This document shows, piece after piece, positions 39,898 through 51,975 of a stretch of DNA of 64,000 nt. How positions within the stretch are numbered: the stretch's first letter is position 1; the number at the start of each line of letters is the position of its first letter. The notes below the pieces were generated by a model. The model was given only the letters and a program-made list of their open reading frames with translations, was not told the origin of the DNA and did no database searches. The stretch spans positions 4,156,001 to 4,220,000 of the forward strand of contig CM075994.1 of the NCBI GenBank assembly GCA_038087875.1, written 5' to 3'. A program made the translations under genes and the position numbers. The DNA comes from Malacoraja senta (Eukaryota).

Positions 39898-40501
39898 GAA
39901 ATGAGTCAAGAAACAAGAGTGTTTTATGTCATTTTATTGAAATGGAACAATCACATTTTACTTGCAGCAGAACAACCGGTTATCAACTCATACCCAGTAG
40001 ATAATATAGCAAACAACAAAAGGTAAATAAATGCTGCCGTGTGTTCATCATCGTTTCTCCATTCCCAGCAACTAAGGAATTTTCTTCACCAAGAGGACTG
40101 CAGCAGCTTCAATAATTCGTTGATCACCACTGTCAGCGAGAGTTAGAAAATGACAGCAAATTCTAGTATTTCCAATATTACGGTTACTCGCTGCATGAGC
40201 GAAATATTTTCGACCTTACGGTGCTAAAACCAGATCCAAATTAACTATCATAACTTTCATGCAATAAACCCCTCCACCGGTGTCATTGATTTTTATACCG
40301 GTTGTTTTGAAATAAATCAATTGCTCGAAGATCGACAATAACGCGTCAGATGACAGCGTATGTCAATTGCTGCACTGAAACCCACAAACCGAATCTCTGT
40401 ATCCGTTGTTCTGCTGTCACTCTCCCTCTCTCAAGACGGAACAAGGACAGCGCTACTTTCGTCCTGACCTTTCTCTAACCTGCCTCCACGCCCAACACGA
40501 T
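39897..40501 (+). repeat. Right copy of the ~605-bp direct duplication
   Basis: Matches 35687-36292 apart from a few small indels/substitutions. Confidence 0.92.
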
Positions 40502-40900
40502 ATTCTCGGACACTTCCGCAAAATTCAACGTCATCACTCCACCATTCAACCTTCCCATCCACATACCGTTCCTCTTTTCGTGGCAACCGCTTCCTCCGCA
40601 ACTCTTTAGTTCGCTCATCCATCCCCCACACAACCCTTCTCCTCCCAGGTACTCTCCCCTCCATCCGCAGGACATGCAACACCCATCTCTCTATCTCCAC
40701 ATCCAGAGACACAAGCAGCCCGCTGGAGTGAGACGCAGGCTGTTTACATGCACCTCCTCCAACCTCAGTAACTACATTCAATGTTCCCGATGTAGCCTCC
40801 CACATCTGTAAAATGTAGACGAGGAGACAGGTCCGCCCAATCGCCTAGCTGCAAACGATTTTAACTCCCATTTCCATTCCCACTCCGACCTCCCTGCTAT
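40430..40900 (+). mobile_element. Decayed Penelope-like (GIY-YIG region) fragment
   Basis: Remnant RNSLVRSS, PGT, FTCTSSNL, CSRCSL, FNS motifs recognised by eye; no intact ORF. Confidence 0.55.
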
Positions 40901-40926
40901 TGTCGTATATTGACTACCATTCAACG

Positions 40927-41020
40927 GTAGACACAAATCCAGGAGAAACTCAGCGGGTGAGGCAGCATCTATGGAGCGAAGGAATGGGTGACGTTTCGGG
41001 TCGAGACTCTTCTTCAGACC
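40927..41020 (-). ncRNA. Penelope-derived repeat with minimal hammerhead ribozyme core
   Basis: Reverse strand ggt-CTGAAGA-agagtctcgaccc-GAAACGTC-acc. Confidence 0.55.
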
Positions 41021-41302
41021 ATTTACATTCATGTCTCCAATATGAGATGTATAATTAACGCTAATTATTTTGCTATCCTTTTTTATTCTACACAGGTAGT
41101 CCTCTGCTATTCTTGGGAAATACCCTGTTACTATGAACACTGATACAAAACCTTACATTCTCCAATATAATTTCAATAGTCGCCATCTGCAAGTGACGAC
41201 CGTGTATATTTGTGTGTTTTCTTTTTTTATGGATTAATTAATGTTGTATTCTTTGTTTTAATGTCTCTTGCCAGACATTATCTCTTCCCTTCATTTTCAT
41301 TT

Positions 41303-42141
41303 CATAGATACATAGATACATAGAAAATAGGTGCAGGAGTAGGCCATACGGCCCTTCGAGCCTGCACCGCCATTCAATATGATCCTGGCTGATCATCCAA
41401 CTCAGTATCCCGTACCTGCCTTCTCTCCATACCCCCTGATCCCTTTAGCCACAAGGGCCACATCTAACTCTCTCTTAAATATAGCCAATGAACTGGCCTC
41501 AACTACCCTCTGTGGCAGAGAGTTCCAGAGATTCACCACTCTCTGTGTGAATTTTTTTTTCTCATCTCGGTCTTAACGGATTGCCCCCTTATCCTTAAGC
41601 TGTGACCCCTTGTCCTGGACTTCCCCAACATCGGAAACAATCTTCCTGCATCTAGCCTGTCCAACCCATTAAGAAATTTGTAAGTTTCTATAAGATCCCC
41701 TCTCAATCTCCTAAATTCTAGCGAGTATAAGCCGAGTCTATCCAGTCTTTCTTCATATGAAAGTCCTGACATCCCAGGAATCAGTCTGGTGAACCTTCTC
41801 TGCACTCCCTCTATGACTATAATGTCCTTCCTCAGATTTGGAGACCAAAACTGTACGCAATACTCCAGGTGTGGTCTCACCAAGACCATGTACAACTGCA
41901 GTAGAACCTCCCTGCTCCTATACTCAAATCCTTTTGCTATGAAAGCTAACATACCATTCGCTTTCTTCACTGCCTGCTGCACCTGCATGCCTACTTTCAA
42001 TGACTGGTGTACCATGACACCCAGGGCTCGCTGCATCTCCCCTTTTCCTAATCGGCCACCATTTAGATAATAGTCTGCTTTCCTGTTTTTGCCACCAAAG
42101 TGGATAACCTCACATTTATCCACATTATACTGCATCTGCCC
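41303..42141 (-). mobile_element. Young CR1 3' fragment, same subfamily as 44859-49918
   Basis: ORF 41533-42156 nearly identical to the C-terminal part of 44961-45893; (catagata)n tail. Confidence 0.95.
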
Positions 42142-42211
42142 TTCAATTCCCTTCAATCCTTTATTTTTATTTTGTTAAATGTTCCCAACCTTCAGTCTTA
42201 CTTTTATTTAG

Positions 42212-42228
42212 AATTCTCAATTGACCAG
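42212..42228 (+). CDS. Candidate 17-nt phase 1-0 micro-exon (xFSIDQ)
   Basis: cttacttttatttag | AA TTC TCA ATT GAC CAG | gtatca; phase-compatible with 53708-53720. Confidence 0.3.
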
Positions 42229-44960
42229 GTATCATTGTCAACTACTCTATACAACCTTACGAGATCTATTTTCTCTTGCATATTCGATTAAAATTGATAT
42301 ACATTATCTGAAAGCTATGTCACAGTTTTTAAAACGTGTTTGTATTTGCTTTACAACCAAAGCATTTAATGTGATTCCCAAAGTTCCATGTTCAGCTCAT
42401 GCCTCACGCCTTGCACTTTGCTTTATTGGGATTTAAATCTGGTTTCCGTTTCAACAAGATTTAGTTCAATATTCACATTTAACCCTACGGTCATAGATGT
42501 TCTGCGTACGTCGTATGTATTCAAACGTAATATTGATTAGAGATCAAGAAACATTCAACTGTCCCATGCATGCTTTTCGTTGGAATACCTGTTTGCCAGC
42601 CACTCACACTATGCCTGCAATAACCTAAATAGTGTATCGTGCTGACCATCAAATACTACGCCTCCCTGGTGACCAGAGTAACGGAGATTGTTAGTCAAAC
42701 TCTGAAACCGGGAACCCCAGCTGATGATACGTCTAAGAAACAGGAATCGTCCTGGATTTCCCATTGTGGAAAGCATTCCGACAGGCTGAATTTCCAGGCC
42801 GTGCATCTCCTTCATGCATTAATATATTAATCATACATCTGACATTGGAAATTGCACCTGTTGACCCTGCAAATTCTTCCTGCTGAATTTTCTGCTAGTT
42901 CAAAAATCTAAGAATTTTACTCTGTTCTATGAAACTGGTCCACCGTGTTCTGTTACATCAATACATATTCTAAGCGACTGAATTGACCACAGCTGACAGC
43001 AAGAATTTAATTATCAATAATAACCAGCACCTAATGAACAGTTGGAATGCCAGGAGCAAATTGGTTACTCTTACCTGAACATATGTTCAAGTATGTTAAT
43101 GTCAACGTTAAAGTTCCATTAATTATAAACTGCAAACTGAGTAAAAATTCGAGAAAGAGGTAAGTAATGAATCTCTTAAGTTTATTTCACTCGCTAAAAT
43201 CCCGGTCACCTACCCTCCAAAACAGGAATCCATGCCGCTAACTGCCAGCACAATAATCCTGTATTAATACAAGCTAAATTTGAAAGATTCGCGTCATCCC
43301 GGCTGCCAGCGGGTAATTGGTAAAGGGCATGGTGATAATTTCAAACTTAAGAAATCATTCAATGCGAACAGCAAAGCAAATAAAAAGAATTGACACCAAT
43401 CAATCCGTAAAGTTTGAAATTCCTCAACATCCCATAATCATATCAAGAGTCAAGAGTGCTTTATTGTCAAATGTCCCAGATAGAACAATGACATTCTTAC
43501 TTGCTGCAAAACAACAGAATATGTAAACATAGTACATAAACGAGCGGGGAAAAAAGCGTTCAGTGTGTATATATACACATACCTACATACTCAAAAAACA
43601 AACAATTATAGTGCAATAGTAATAATAATAGTCTGTGGCAGTTCAAAGCTTATTGTTTGTCGTGTTTAATAGCCTAATGGCTGCAGGGAGATGCTTTTCC
43701 TGAACCTGGACGTTACAGTTTTCAGGCTCCTATGCCTTCTACCCGATGACAGTGGTGAAATGAGCGTGTGGCCAGGAGGGTGTGGGTCTCTGAAGATGTT
43801 AGCTGCTTTTTTCAGGCAGCGACTCCGATAAATCCCTTCGATGGTGGGGAGGTCAGAGCCGATGATGGACTGGGCAGTGGTCACAACTCTCTGCATTCCA
43901 TTCCGCTCCTGGACGTCCAAGTTGCCGAACCAGGCCATGATGCAACCAGGCAATATGCTCTTTAATGTACACCTGCAGAAGTTCAAGAGAATCCTCTTTG
44001 ACACATTGAATATCCGTAATCTTCCCAGGAAGTAGAGGCGCTGATGTACTTTCTTTGGAATTACATCAGTGTGCTGGGTCCAGGAAAGATCTTCGGAAAT
44101 ATGCACACCCAAGAATTTGATGTTTTTGACTCTCTCCACCATCTTCCCATTGATATAAACAGGGTTGTAGGTTCCCATCCTTCCCCTTGCAAAGTGCACA
44201 ATCGGTTCCTTGGTTTTGCTGATATTGAGAGACAGGTTGTTGTGCTGGCACCATTTGGTCAATCGGTCGATCTCACTTCTATACTCTGACTCATCACCAT
44301 CTGTAATTCGCCCAACAACGATGGTGTCGTCGGCGAACTTGATGATGGAGTTCGCACTATGTCCGGCTACACAGTCATGAGCTTAGAGTGAGTAGAGCAG
44401 GGGGCTGAGCACGCAGCCTTGAGGTGCTCCCGTACTGATTGTTACTGAGGATGAAGTATTTCTGCCAACACGAACAGACTGTGGTGTGTGGATGAGGAAG
44501 TCGAGGATCCAATTGCAGAGGGATGCGCAGAGACCCAGTTCCGTGAGCTTGGTAATCAGCTTGGAGGGGATGATGGTATTGAACGCCGAGCTGTAGTTTA
44601 TAAAAACAGCCTGGCGTAAGTGTTTTTATTGTCCAAGTGGTCCAGTGCGGAGTGGAGAGCCAGTGAGATCGCATCCTCCGTTGACCTGTTGTGACGGTAC
44701 GGGAACTGTGCAGTGGGTCAAGGTTCTTGTCGAAGTAGGAGTTGATATGCCCTATAACTAAGCTCTCAAAGTACTTCCTCATCACGGACTTTAGTACCAC
44801 TGGTTGACAGTCGTTAAGGCACATAACCTTTCTCTTCTTGGGCACCGGTAATATTGATATACATAGATACATAGATACATAGAAAATAGGTGCAGGAGTA
44901 GGCCATTCGGCCCTTCGAGCCTGCACCGCCATTCAATACGATCATGGCTGATCATCCAAC

Positions 44961-47900
44961 TCAGTATCCCGTACCTGCCTTCTCTCCATACCCCCTGATC
45001 CCTTTAGCCACAAGGGCCACATCTAATTCCTTCTTAAATATAGCCAATGAACTGGCCTCAACTACCCTCTGTGGCAGAGAGTTCCAGAGATTCACCACTC
45101 TCTGTGTGAAAAAGTTTTTTCTCATCTCGGTCCTAAAGGATTTCCCCCTTATCCTTAAGCTGTGACCCCTTGTCCTGGACTTCCCCAACATCGGGAACAA
45201 TCTTCCTGCATCTAGCCTGTCCAACCCCATAAGAATCTTGTACGTTTCTATAAGATCCCCTCTCAATCTCCTAAATTCTAGCGAGTATAAGCCAAGTCTA
45301 TCCAGTCTTTCTTCATATGAAAGTCCTGACATCCCAGGAATCAGTCTGGTGAACCTTCTCTGCACTCCCTCTATGGCTATAATGTCCTTCCTCAGATTTG
45401 GAGACCAAAACTGTACGCAATACTCCAGGTGTGGTCTCACCAAGACCCTGTACAACTGCAGTAGAACCTCGCTGCTCCTATACTCAAATCCTCTTGCTAT
45501 GAAGGCCAACATACCATTCTCTTTCTTCACTGCCTGCTGCACCTGCATGCCTACTTTCAATGACTGGTGTACCATGACACCCAGGTCTCGCTGCATCTCC
45601 CCATTTCCTAATCGGCCACCATTTAGATAATAGTCTGCCTTCCCGTTTTTGCTACCAAAGTAGATAACCTCACATTTATCCACATTATACTGCATCTGCC
45701 AAACATTTGCCCACTCACCCAGCCTATCCAAGTCACCTTGCAGTCTCCTAGCATCCTCCTCACAGCTAACACTGCCCCCCCAGCTTAGTGTCATCCGCAA
45801 ACTTGGAGATGTTGCTTTCAATTCCCTCGTCCAGATCATTAATATAAATTGTAAATAGCTGGGGTCCCAGCACTGAGCCTTGCGGTACCCCACTAGTCAC
45901 TGCCTGCCATTGTGAAAAGAACCCGTTTACTCCTACTCTTTGCTTCCTGTTTGCCAGCCAGTTCTCTATCCACATCAATACTGAACCCCCAATACCGTGT
46001 GATTTAAGTTTGTATCCTAATCTCTTATGTGGTACCTTGTCGAAAGCCTTCTGAAAGTCCAGATACAACACATCCACTGGTTCTCCCCTATCCACTCTAC
46101 TAGTTACATCCTCGAAAAATTCTATAAGATTCGTCAGACACGATTTACCTTTCGTAAATCCATGCTGACTTTGTCCAATGATTTCACCACTTTCCAAATG
46201 TGCTGCTATCCCATCTTTAATAACTGACTCTAGCAGTTTCCCCACTACCGATGTTAGACTAACTGGTCTGTAATTCCCCGTTTTCTCTCTCCCTCCCTTC
46301 TTAAAAAGTGGGGTTACGTTTGCTACCCTCCAATCCTCAGGAACTACTCCAGAATCTAAAGAGTTTTGAAAAATTATCACTAATGCATCCACTATTTCTG
46401 GAGCTACTTCCTTAAGTACTCTGGGATGCAGCCTATCTGGCCCTGGTGATTTATCGGCCTTTAATCCATTCAATTTACCCAACACCACTTCCCGACTAAC
46501 CTGGATTTCACTCAGTTCCTCCATCTCCTTTGACCCGCGGCCCCCTGCTATTTCCGGCAGATTATTTATGTCTTCCTTAGTGAAGGCGGAACCAAAGTAG
46601 TTATTCAATTGGTCTGCCATATCCTTGTTCCCCATGATCAATTCACCTGTTTCTGACTGCAAGGGACCTACATTTGATTTAACTAATCTCTTTCTCTTCA
46701 CATATCTATAAAAACTTTTGCAGTCAGTTTTTATGTTCCCTGCCAGTTTCCTTTCATAATCTATTTTCCCTTTCCTAATTAAGCCCTTTGTCCTCCTCTG
46801 CTGGTCTCTGAATTTCTCCCAGTCCTCTGGTATGCTGCTTTTTCTAGCTAATTTGTACGCATCATCTTTTGCTTTGATACTATCCCTGATTTCCCTTGTT
46901 ATCCACGGATGCACTACCTTCCTTGATTTATTCTTTTGCCAAACTGGGATGAACAATTTTTGTAGTTCATCCATGCAGTCTTTAAATGCCTTCCATTGCA
47001 TATCCACCGTCAACCCTTTTAGAACTAATTGCCAGTCAATCTTGGCCAATTCACATCTCATACCATCAAAGTTACCTTTCTTTAAGTTCAGAACTGTTGT
47101 TTCTGAATTAACAATGTCACTCTCCATCCTAATGAAGAACTCAACCATATTATGATCACTCTTGCCCAAGGGGGCACGCACAACAAGTCTGCTAACTAAC
47201 CCTTCCTCATTACTCAATACCCAGTCTAGAATAGCCTGCTCTCTCGTTGGTTCCTCTACATGTTGGTTTAGATAACTATCCCTCATACATTCCAAGAAAT
47301 CCTCTTCCTCAGCACCCCTGCCAATTTGATTCACCCAATCTATATGTAGATTGAAGTCACCCATTATAACTGTTTTGCCTTTGTTGCACGCATTTCTAAT
47401 TTCCTGTTTGATGCCATCCCCAACTTCACTACTACTGCTAGGTGGCCTGTACACAACTCCCACCAGCGTTTTCTGCCCCTTAGTGTTTCGCAGCTCTACC
47501 CATACCGATTCCACATCCTCCAAGCTAATGTCCTTCCTTTCCACTGCGTTAATCTCCTCTCTAACCAGCAACGCTACCCCACCTCCTTTTCCTTTCTCTC
47601 TATCCCTCCTGAATATTGAATATCCCTGGATGTTCAGCTCCCAGCCTTGGTCACCTTGGAGCCATGTCTCCGTGATCCCAACTATATCATAATCATTAAT
47701 TGCTATCTGCACGTTCAACTCATCCACCTTATTACGAATGCTCCTTGCATTGAGACACAAAGCCTTCAGGCTTGTTTTTACAACGCTCTTACCCCTTATA
47801 CAATTATGTTGAAAAGTGGCTCTTTTTGATTTTTGCCCTGAATTTGTCTGCCTGCCACTTTTACCTTTCACCTTGCTACCTATTGCTTCCGCCCGCATTT

Positions 47901-48087
47901 TACACCCCTCTGTTTCTCTGCTCACCCATTTAAGAACCCCACCACCTCTTATTCTCTGTTTATTATTGTTTTCTTCTTTCACCCCTACATGTTGGGTCTG
48001 AGTGCTTTCCTTCTCTGCCTCCTGCCTCACACACTGTCTAATAGCATTCTCTATTTGAGTCCCTCCCCCCAACCATTCTAGTTTAAA
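44961..48087 (-). CDS. CR1 ORF2 (APE endonuclease + reverse transcriptase), single +1 frameshift in the C7 run at 45775-45781
   Basis: 768-aa and 310-aa ORFs overlap at [47 protein letters not shown] all intact. Confidence 0.93.
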
Positions 48088-49013
48088 GTCTCCCCAGTAG
48101 CCTTTGCAGATCTCCCCGCCAGGATATCAGTCCCCCTCAGGTTCAAGTGCAACCCATCCTTTTTGTACAGGTCGAACCTTCCACAAAAGAAGTCCCAATG
48201 ATCCAGAAATTTGAATCCCTGCCTTCTGCACCAGTCCTTCAGCCACGCATTTATCCTCCACCTCGCTCCATTCCTACTCTCACTGTCGCGTGGTACAGGC
48301 AGTAATCCCGAGATTGTTACCTTTGCTGTCCTTCTCTTTAACTCCCCTCCTAACTCCCTAAATTCTCCTTTCAGGACCTCTTCTCTTTTTTTACCTATGT
48401 CATTGGTACCTATGTGTATCACGACCTCGGGCTCCTCTCCCTGCCCTTTCAGGATGTCTTGGACACGTTGGGACACATCACAGACCCTGGCACCCGGGAG
48501 GCAAACTACCATCCGGGTCTCCCGACTGCGTCCACAGAATCGCCTGTCTGACCCCCTAACTATAGAGTCCCCTATTAATATTGCCCTCCTCTTCTTTTCC
48601 TTACCCTTCTGAGCAACAGGACCGGTCTCTATACCGGAGGCCCGGCCGCTGTCGCTACCCCCAGGTAGGCTGTCCCCCCCAACAGTACTCAAACAGGAGT
48701 ACTTATTGTCAAGGTGTACAGCCACCGGGGTACTCTCTAGTCCCTGCCTGTGCCCCTTGCCTCTCCCAACCGTGATCCACTTGCCTGCCTCCTGTGGTGT
48801 TGGAGTGACCACATCCCTGTAACTCCTCTCAATTACTTCCTCGCTCTCCCTGACCAGACGGAGGTCATCGAGCTGCTGCTCCAGGTTCCTAATACGGTCC
48901 ATTAGGAGCCCCATCTCGATACACCTGGCGCAGATGTGGACGTCTGGAGGGCTATCTGACTCCATGACTTCCCACATCTGACATCCAGAACAGTAAACTG
49001 CCCTGGCCGTCAT
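48078..49013 (-). CDS. CR1 ORF1 (zinc finger, leucine zipper, SGNH/GDSL esterase-like domain)
   Basis: [11 protein letters not shown]...CARC, heptad [29 protein letters not shown]. Confidence 0.9.
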   Translation of the reverse strand: MTARAVYCSGCQMWEVMESDSPPDVHICARCIEMGLLMDRIRNLEQQLDDLRLVRESEEVIERSYRDVVTPTPQEAGKWITVGRGKGHRQGLESTPVAVHLDNKYSCLSTVGGDSLPGGSDSGRASGIETGPVAQKGKEKKRRAILIGDSIVRGSDRRFCGRSRETRMVVCLPGARVCDVSQRVQDILKGQGEEPEVVIHIGTNDIGKKREEVLKGEFRELGGELKRRTAKVTISGLLPVPRDSESRNGARWRINAWLKDWCRRQGFKFLDHWDFFCGRFDLYKKDGLHLNLRGTDILAGRSAKATGETLN

Positions 49014-49033
49014 ACTCCCCTTACCCTGGATAG

Positions 49034-49179
49034 AATATAAAACAAACTGATAGAATACAAAACAAACTGCTACAATACAAAACAAACTGCTACAATAGAA
49101 AACAAACTGCTACAATACAAAACAAACTGCTACAATACAAAACAAACTGCTACAATACAAAACAAACTGCTACAATACA
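49034..49179. repeat. 20-bp tandem repeat (~7 copies) in the CR1 5' UTR
   Basis: Unit aacaaactgctacaatacaa. Confidence 0.9.
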
Positions 49180-49293
49180 GTACAATCAGCAGGGATCTGA
49201 CTCCCAATCAGCTGCTCTCTCTTATCTGCGTCCACCAATCAGCGGCTTCCTCAAACCCACTTGTTTTTGAAGTGGAACGTTGCCGATTTGGGT

Positions 49294-49911
49294 TCCTTTT
49301 TAAGTCCTACCGCTCGGTTGTAGCTCCTCCCTCAGCGACCTCTCCAACGGCTTTCGGATCTCTGTTAGGAACAAGCCCCCGCGCTCCTTTTTAAGTCCTA
49401 CCACTCGGTTGTAGCTCCTCCCTCAGCGACCTCTCCAACGGCTTTCGGATCTCTGTTAGGAACAAGCCCCCGCGCTCCTTTTTAAGTCCTACCGCTCGGT
49501 TGTAGCTCCTCCCTCAGCGACCTCTCCAACGGCTTTCGGATCTCTGTTAGGAACAAGCCCCCGCGCTCCTTTTTAAGTCCTACCGCTCGGTTGTAGCTCC
49601 TCCCTCAGCGACCTCTCCAACGGCTTTCGGATCTCTGTTAGGAACAAGCCCCCGCGCTCCTTTTTAAGTCCTACCGCTCGGTTGTAGCTCCTCCCTCAGC
49701 GACCTCTCCAACGGCTTTCGGATCTCTGTTAGGAACAAGCCCCCGCGCTCCTTTTTAAGTCCTACCGCTCGGTTGTAGCTCCTCCCTCAGCGACCTCTCC
49801 AACGGCTTTCGGATCTCTGTTAGGAACAAGCCCCCGCGCTCCTTTTTAAGTCCTACCGCTCGGTTGTAGCTCCTCCCTCAGCGACCTCTCCAACGGCTTT
49901 CGGATCTCTGT
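49294..49911. repeat. 91-bp tandem monomer array (~6.8 copies) at the CR1 5' end
   Basis: taagtcc recurs at 49301, 49392, 49483, 49574, 49665, 49756 and 49847; units almost identical. Confidence 0.97.
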
Positions 49912-51339
49912 ACCGCTCTTGATGCGCTCTTAAAGCAGGTGGCAAACTCAGACCTCAGTAGTGAGAGGTTGAAAATGTCCGCGAAAACTCCAGCCAGTTG
50001 GTCTACACAGGTTTTGAGAACTCGGCTGGGTATACCATCAGGCCCAGGCGCTTTCCGAGGGTTCACCCCCCTGAAGGATCTTCTGACGTCGGCCTCTGTG
50101 ACTGTTACTGTAATACTACGGGGGTTCGGGAAGGCACATCAATGTTCTCCCTATCAAAGCGTGCGTAGAACGCATTTAGCTCGTCAGGGAGTGATGCTTC
50201 GCTGTCGTTTGAGCTGCCTCCTAATTTCGCCATGTAGGAGGCGGTGGCATTCAAGCCCTGCCACAGTTGCCGAACATCCGTCCCATCCTCCAGCTTAGAG
50301 CAGAAGTCCCTTTTGGCCTTTTTGATGGCCTTGTCAATGTCGTATCTGCACTTCTTATAGACCTCTGCGTCACCGGACCTGAATGTCCCGGATCTGGTCA
50401 TCAGAAGAATGCGGATCTCCTGGTTCATCCAAGGCTTCTCGTTAGGAAACACTCGGAAGGTTTTTGTTGGAATAGTCCTCCACACATTTCCTTATGAAGT
50501 CTGTAACGACTGTGGCGTATTCATTCAGGTCCGTTGCCGAGTCCTTGAACTTTGCCCAGTCTACTGACTGCAAGAAGTCCTGTAGTTGTTCCTCTGTCTC
50601 CCCAGACCAGTTCTGTGCAGTCCTCACATCTGGGGGTGCGCTCTTCAGTTGTTACATGTATGCGGGAAGAAGCAGCACCGCGGAATGGTCGGATTTCCCG
50701 AAGTGAGGGCGAGGGAGAGAGCGGTAGGCATCCTTGATGGTCGTATTGCAGTGGTCAAGGGTGTTTAATCCTCTGCACGAGACATGTTGGTGGTAGTTTG
50801 GGAGTGATTCTGTAAAAACAGCACTCTGTATGTCAGTTCTCATGTGATTCTCCATCCGAAAAGGCGCCCACCCCTTTGCTTCTGTAGATGCTGCTCGATC
50901 CGCTGATTCTTCCTGTATTGAGTTTCCTTCTACTGCAGGTTTCCGTACTTGCTATCTATTGTGTCTGGAACTGGCCGCTATGCTACTTACGTCTTGGCCA
51001 ACCCATGACATCCAAGCACCTGTTAAGCGTGCTTCTACTTCTACGTTACTAAGCAGTGCAAGTGAAATATAAACAAACCATTTGCACCCGGGTGATTACG
51101 ATGGGGGCAAAAATGTGTCTGCGGCCTGGCGAATGGAGTCGACATTGCAGACTGAGAGTCATGCCATAAAACCATCCATGCAACCCCTCTTTCTTTGTCC
51201 CACCCCACCCAAGTCGTTGGCTTCAAAGCCGTCTGTTTGAGGCTCATTTGTTTTAACTCGTTTCACTTGGGCCACAGCGTTATCGTCCCTTTATCATCGT
51301 TAAATGTTTTACATATCTTTCACTTATGTGTTCTATATC

Positions 51340-51486
51340 TATATATATCACCGTCTATATCTCTCGTTTCCTTATTCCCTGATTCTGTCTGAAGAAATGT
51401 CTCGTCCCGAAACGTCAACTATTTATTTTCTCCAGGGATGGTGCCTGACCCGCTGAGTTGCTCCAGCATTTTGTATCTGTCTTCAG
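51340..51486 (+). ncRNA. Penelope-derived repeat with hammerhead core
   Basis: CTGAAGA at 51389-51395 and GAAACGTC at 51409-51416; stem II degenerate. Confidence 0.5.
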
Positions 51487-51719
51487 ATGGTACACAGGCT
51501 GGGTTAGACCTCAGGCGGCACACAGGCAGGCCCTGCTTTAAATAGTCTTAAATTGAAAATAATTTCTCAAACAACACAAGAGGGATAATCACCAAAAAAT
51601 CTAAATAAAATGTATACATTTATGAAAACACTTATTTGACATATATTCACCAGAATATTATTAATCGTTAACATAAAACAAAGAAAATGTATCATTTACA
51701 TGCATATAACGCTATGAAC

Positions 51720-51900
51720 GAGGTCACGAATCTTACGCCGGACAGGCAGAAAGCTGATAGGCCAGGTGCATACCGCGTGCAGCCGCTCAGCTCACCAAAT
51801 ACTGAACCCCGCCCCTGAACAATCCAGCGACCGAGTGGACGTCAGACACGCCATTTTCTAACCACTAACGAGTCCATGACGGATCACATTGCAATGCATA
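51720..51900 (+). promoter_or_regulatory. Possible promoter: local CpG enrichment with GC box, CRE-like and YY1-like motifs
   Basis: ccccgcccc 51807-51815, gacgtca 51838-51844, cgccatttt 51849-51857, followed by donor aag|gtaaga at 51975/6. Confidence 0.35.
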
Positions 51901-51921
51901 AACACGGCTATCAGAAATACA

Positions 51922-51975
51922 ATGACCTATGAGGAGGACCTAATCGATGCTTCGTATCCTCACCTCCGTCTAAAG
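51922..51975 (+). CDS. Candidate first coding exon (MTYEEDLIDASYPHLRLK), phase 0
   Basis: acaATG at 51922, open to strong donor AAG|gtaaga. Confidence 0.3.

Larger units (their letters stand above)
44859..49918 (-). mobile_element. Full-length, nearly intact CR1 LINE
   Basis: Tandem-repeat 5' UTR, ORF1, ORF2 with one frameshift, 3' UTR, (catagata)n tail; ttgat on both sides (44854-44858, 49919-49923). Confidence 0.97.
43443..50815 (-). mobile_element. Rex1/Babar-like LINE (43443-44858 plus 49919-50815) split by a full-length CR1
   Basis: ORFs 50652-50855 (LDHC, GKSDH), 50105-50485, 49878-50066 (KAPGPDG), 44375-44932, 43666-44262 (KFLGVHI); removing the CR1 restores CFKSASILPVPKK; (tcaagag) tail. 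Confidence 0.85.

Noticed and set aside
41096..41145. Strong acceptor ttttattctacacag
   Set aside because: Stops in all frames within 50 nt and no convincing donor
43142..43159. Consensus donor gag|gtaagt with possible 18-nt exon (xKIRER)
   Set aside because: No polypyrimidine tract at the acceptor; too weak to list
6149..47692. Recurrent ORFs such as MSSANLL...EPCGTPL and NLLCTPS...[12 protein letters not shown]
   Set aside because: Antisense shadows of CR1 ORF2, not independent genes
49294..49911. CRISPR-like array
   Set aside because: Units are contiguous near-identical 91-mers with no unique spacers; eukaryotic LINE 5' UTR context, no cas genes
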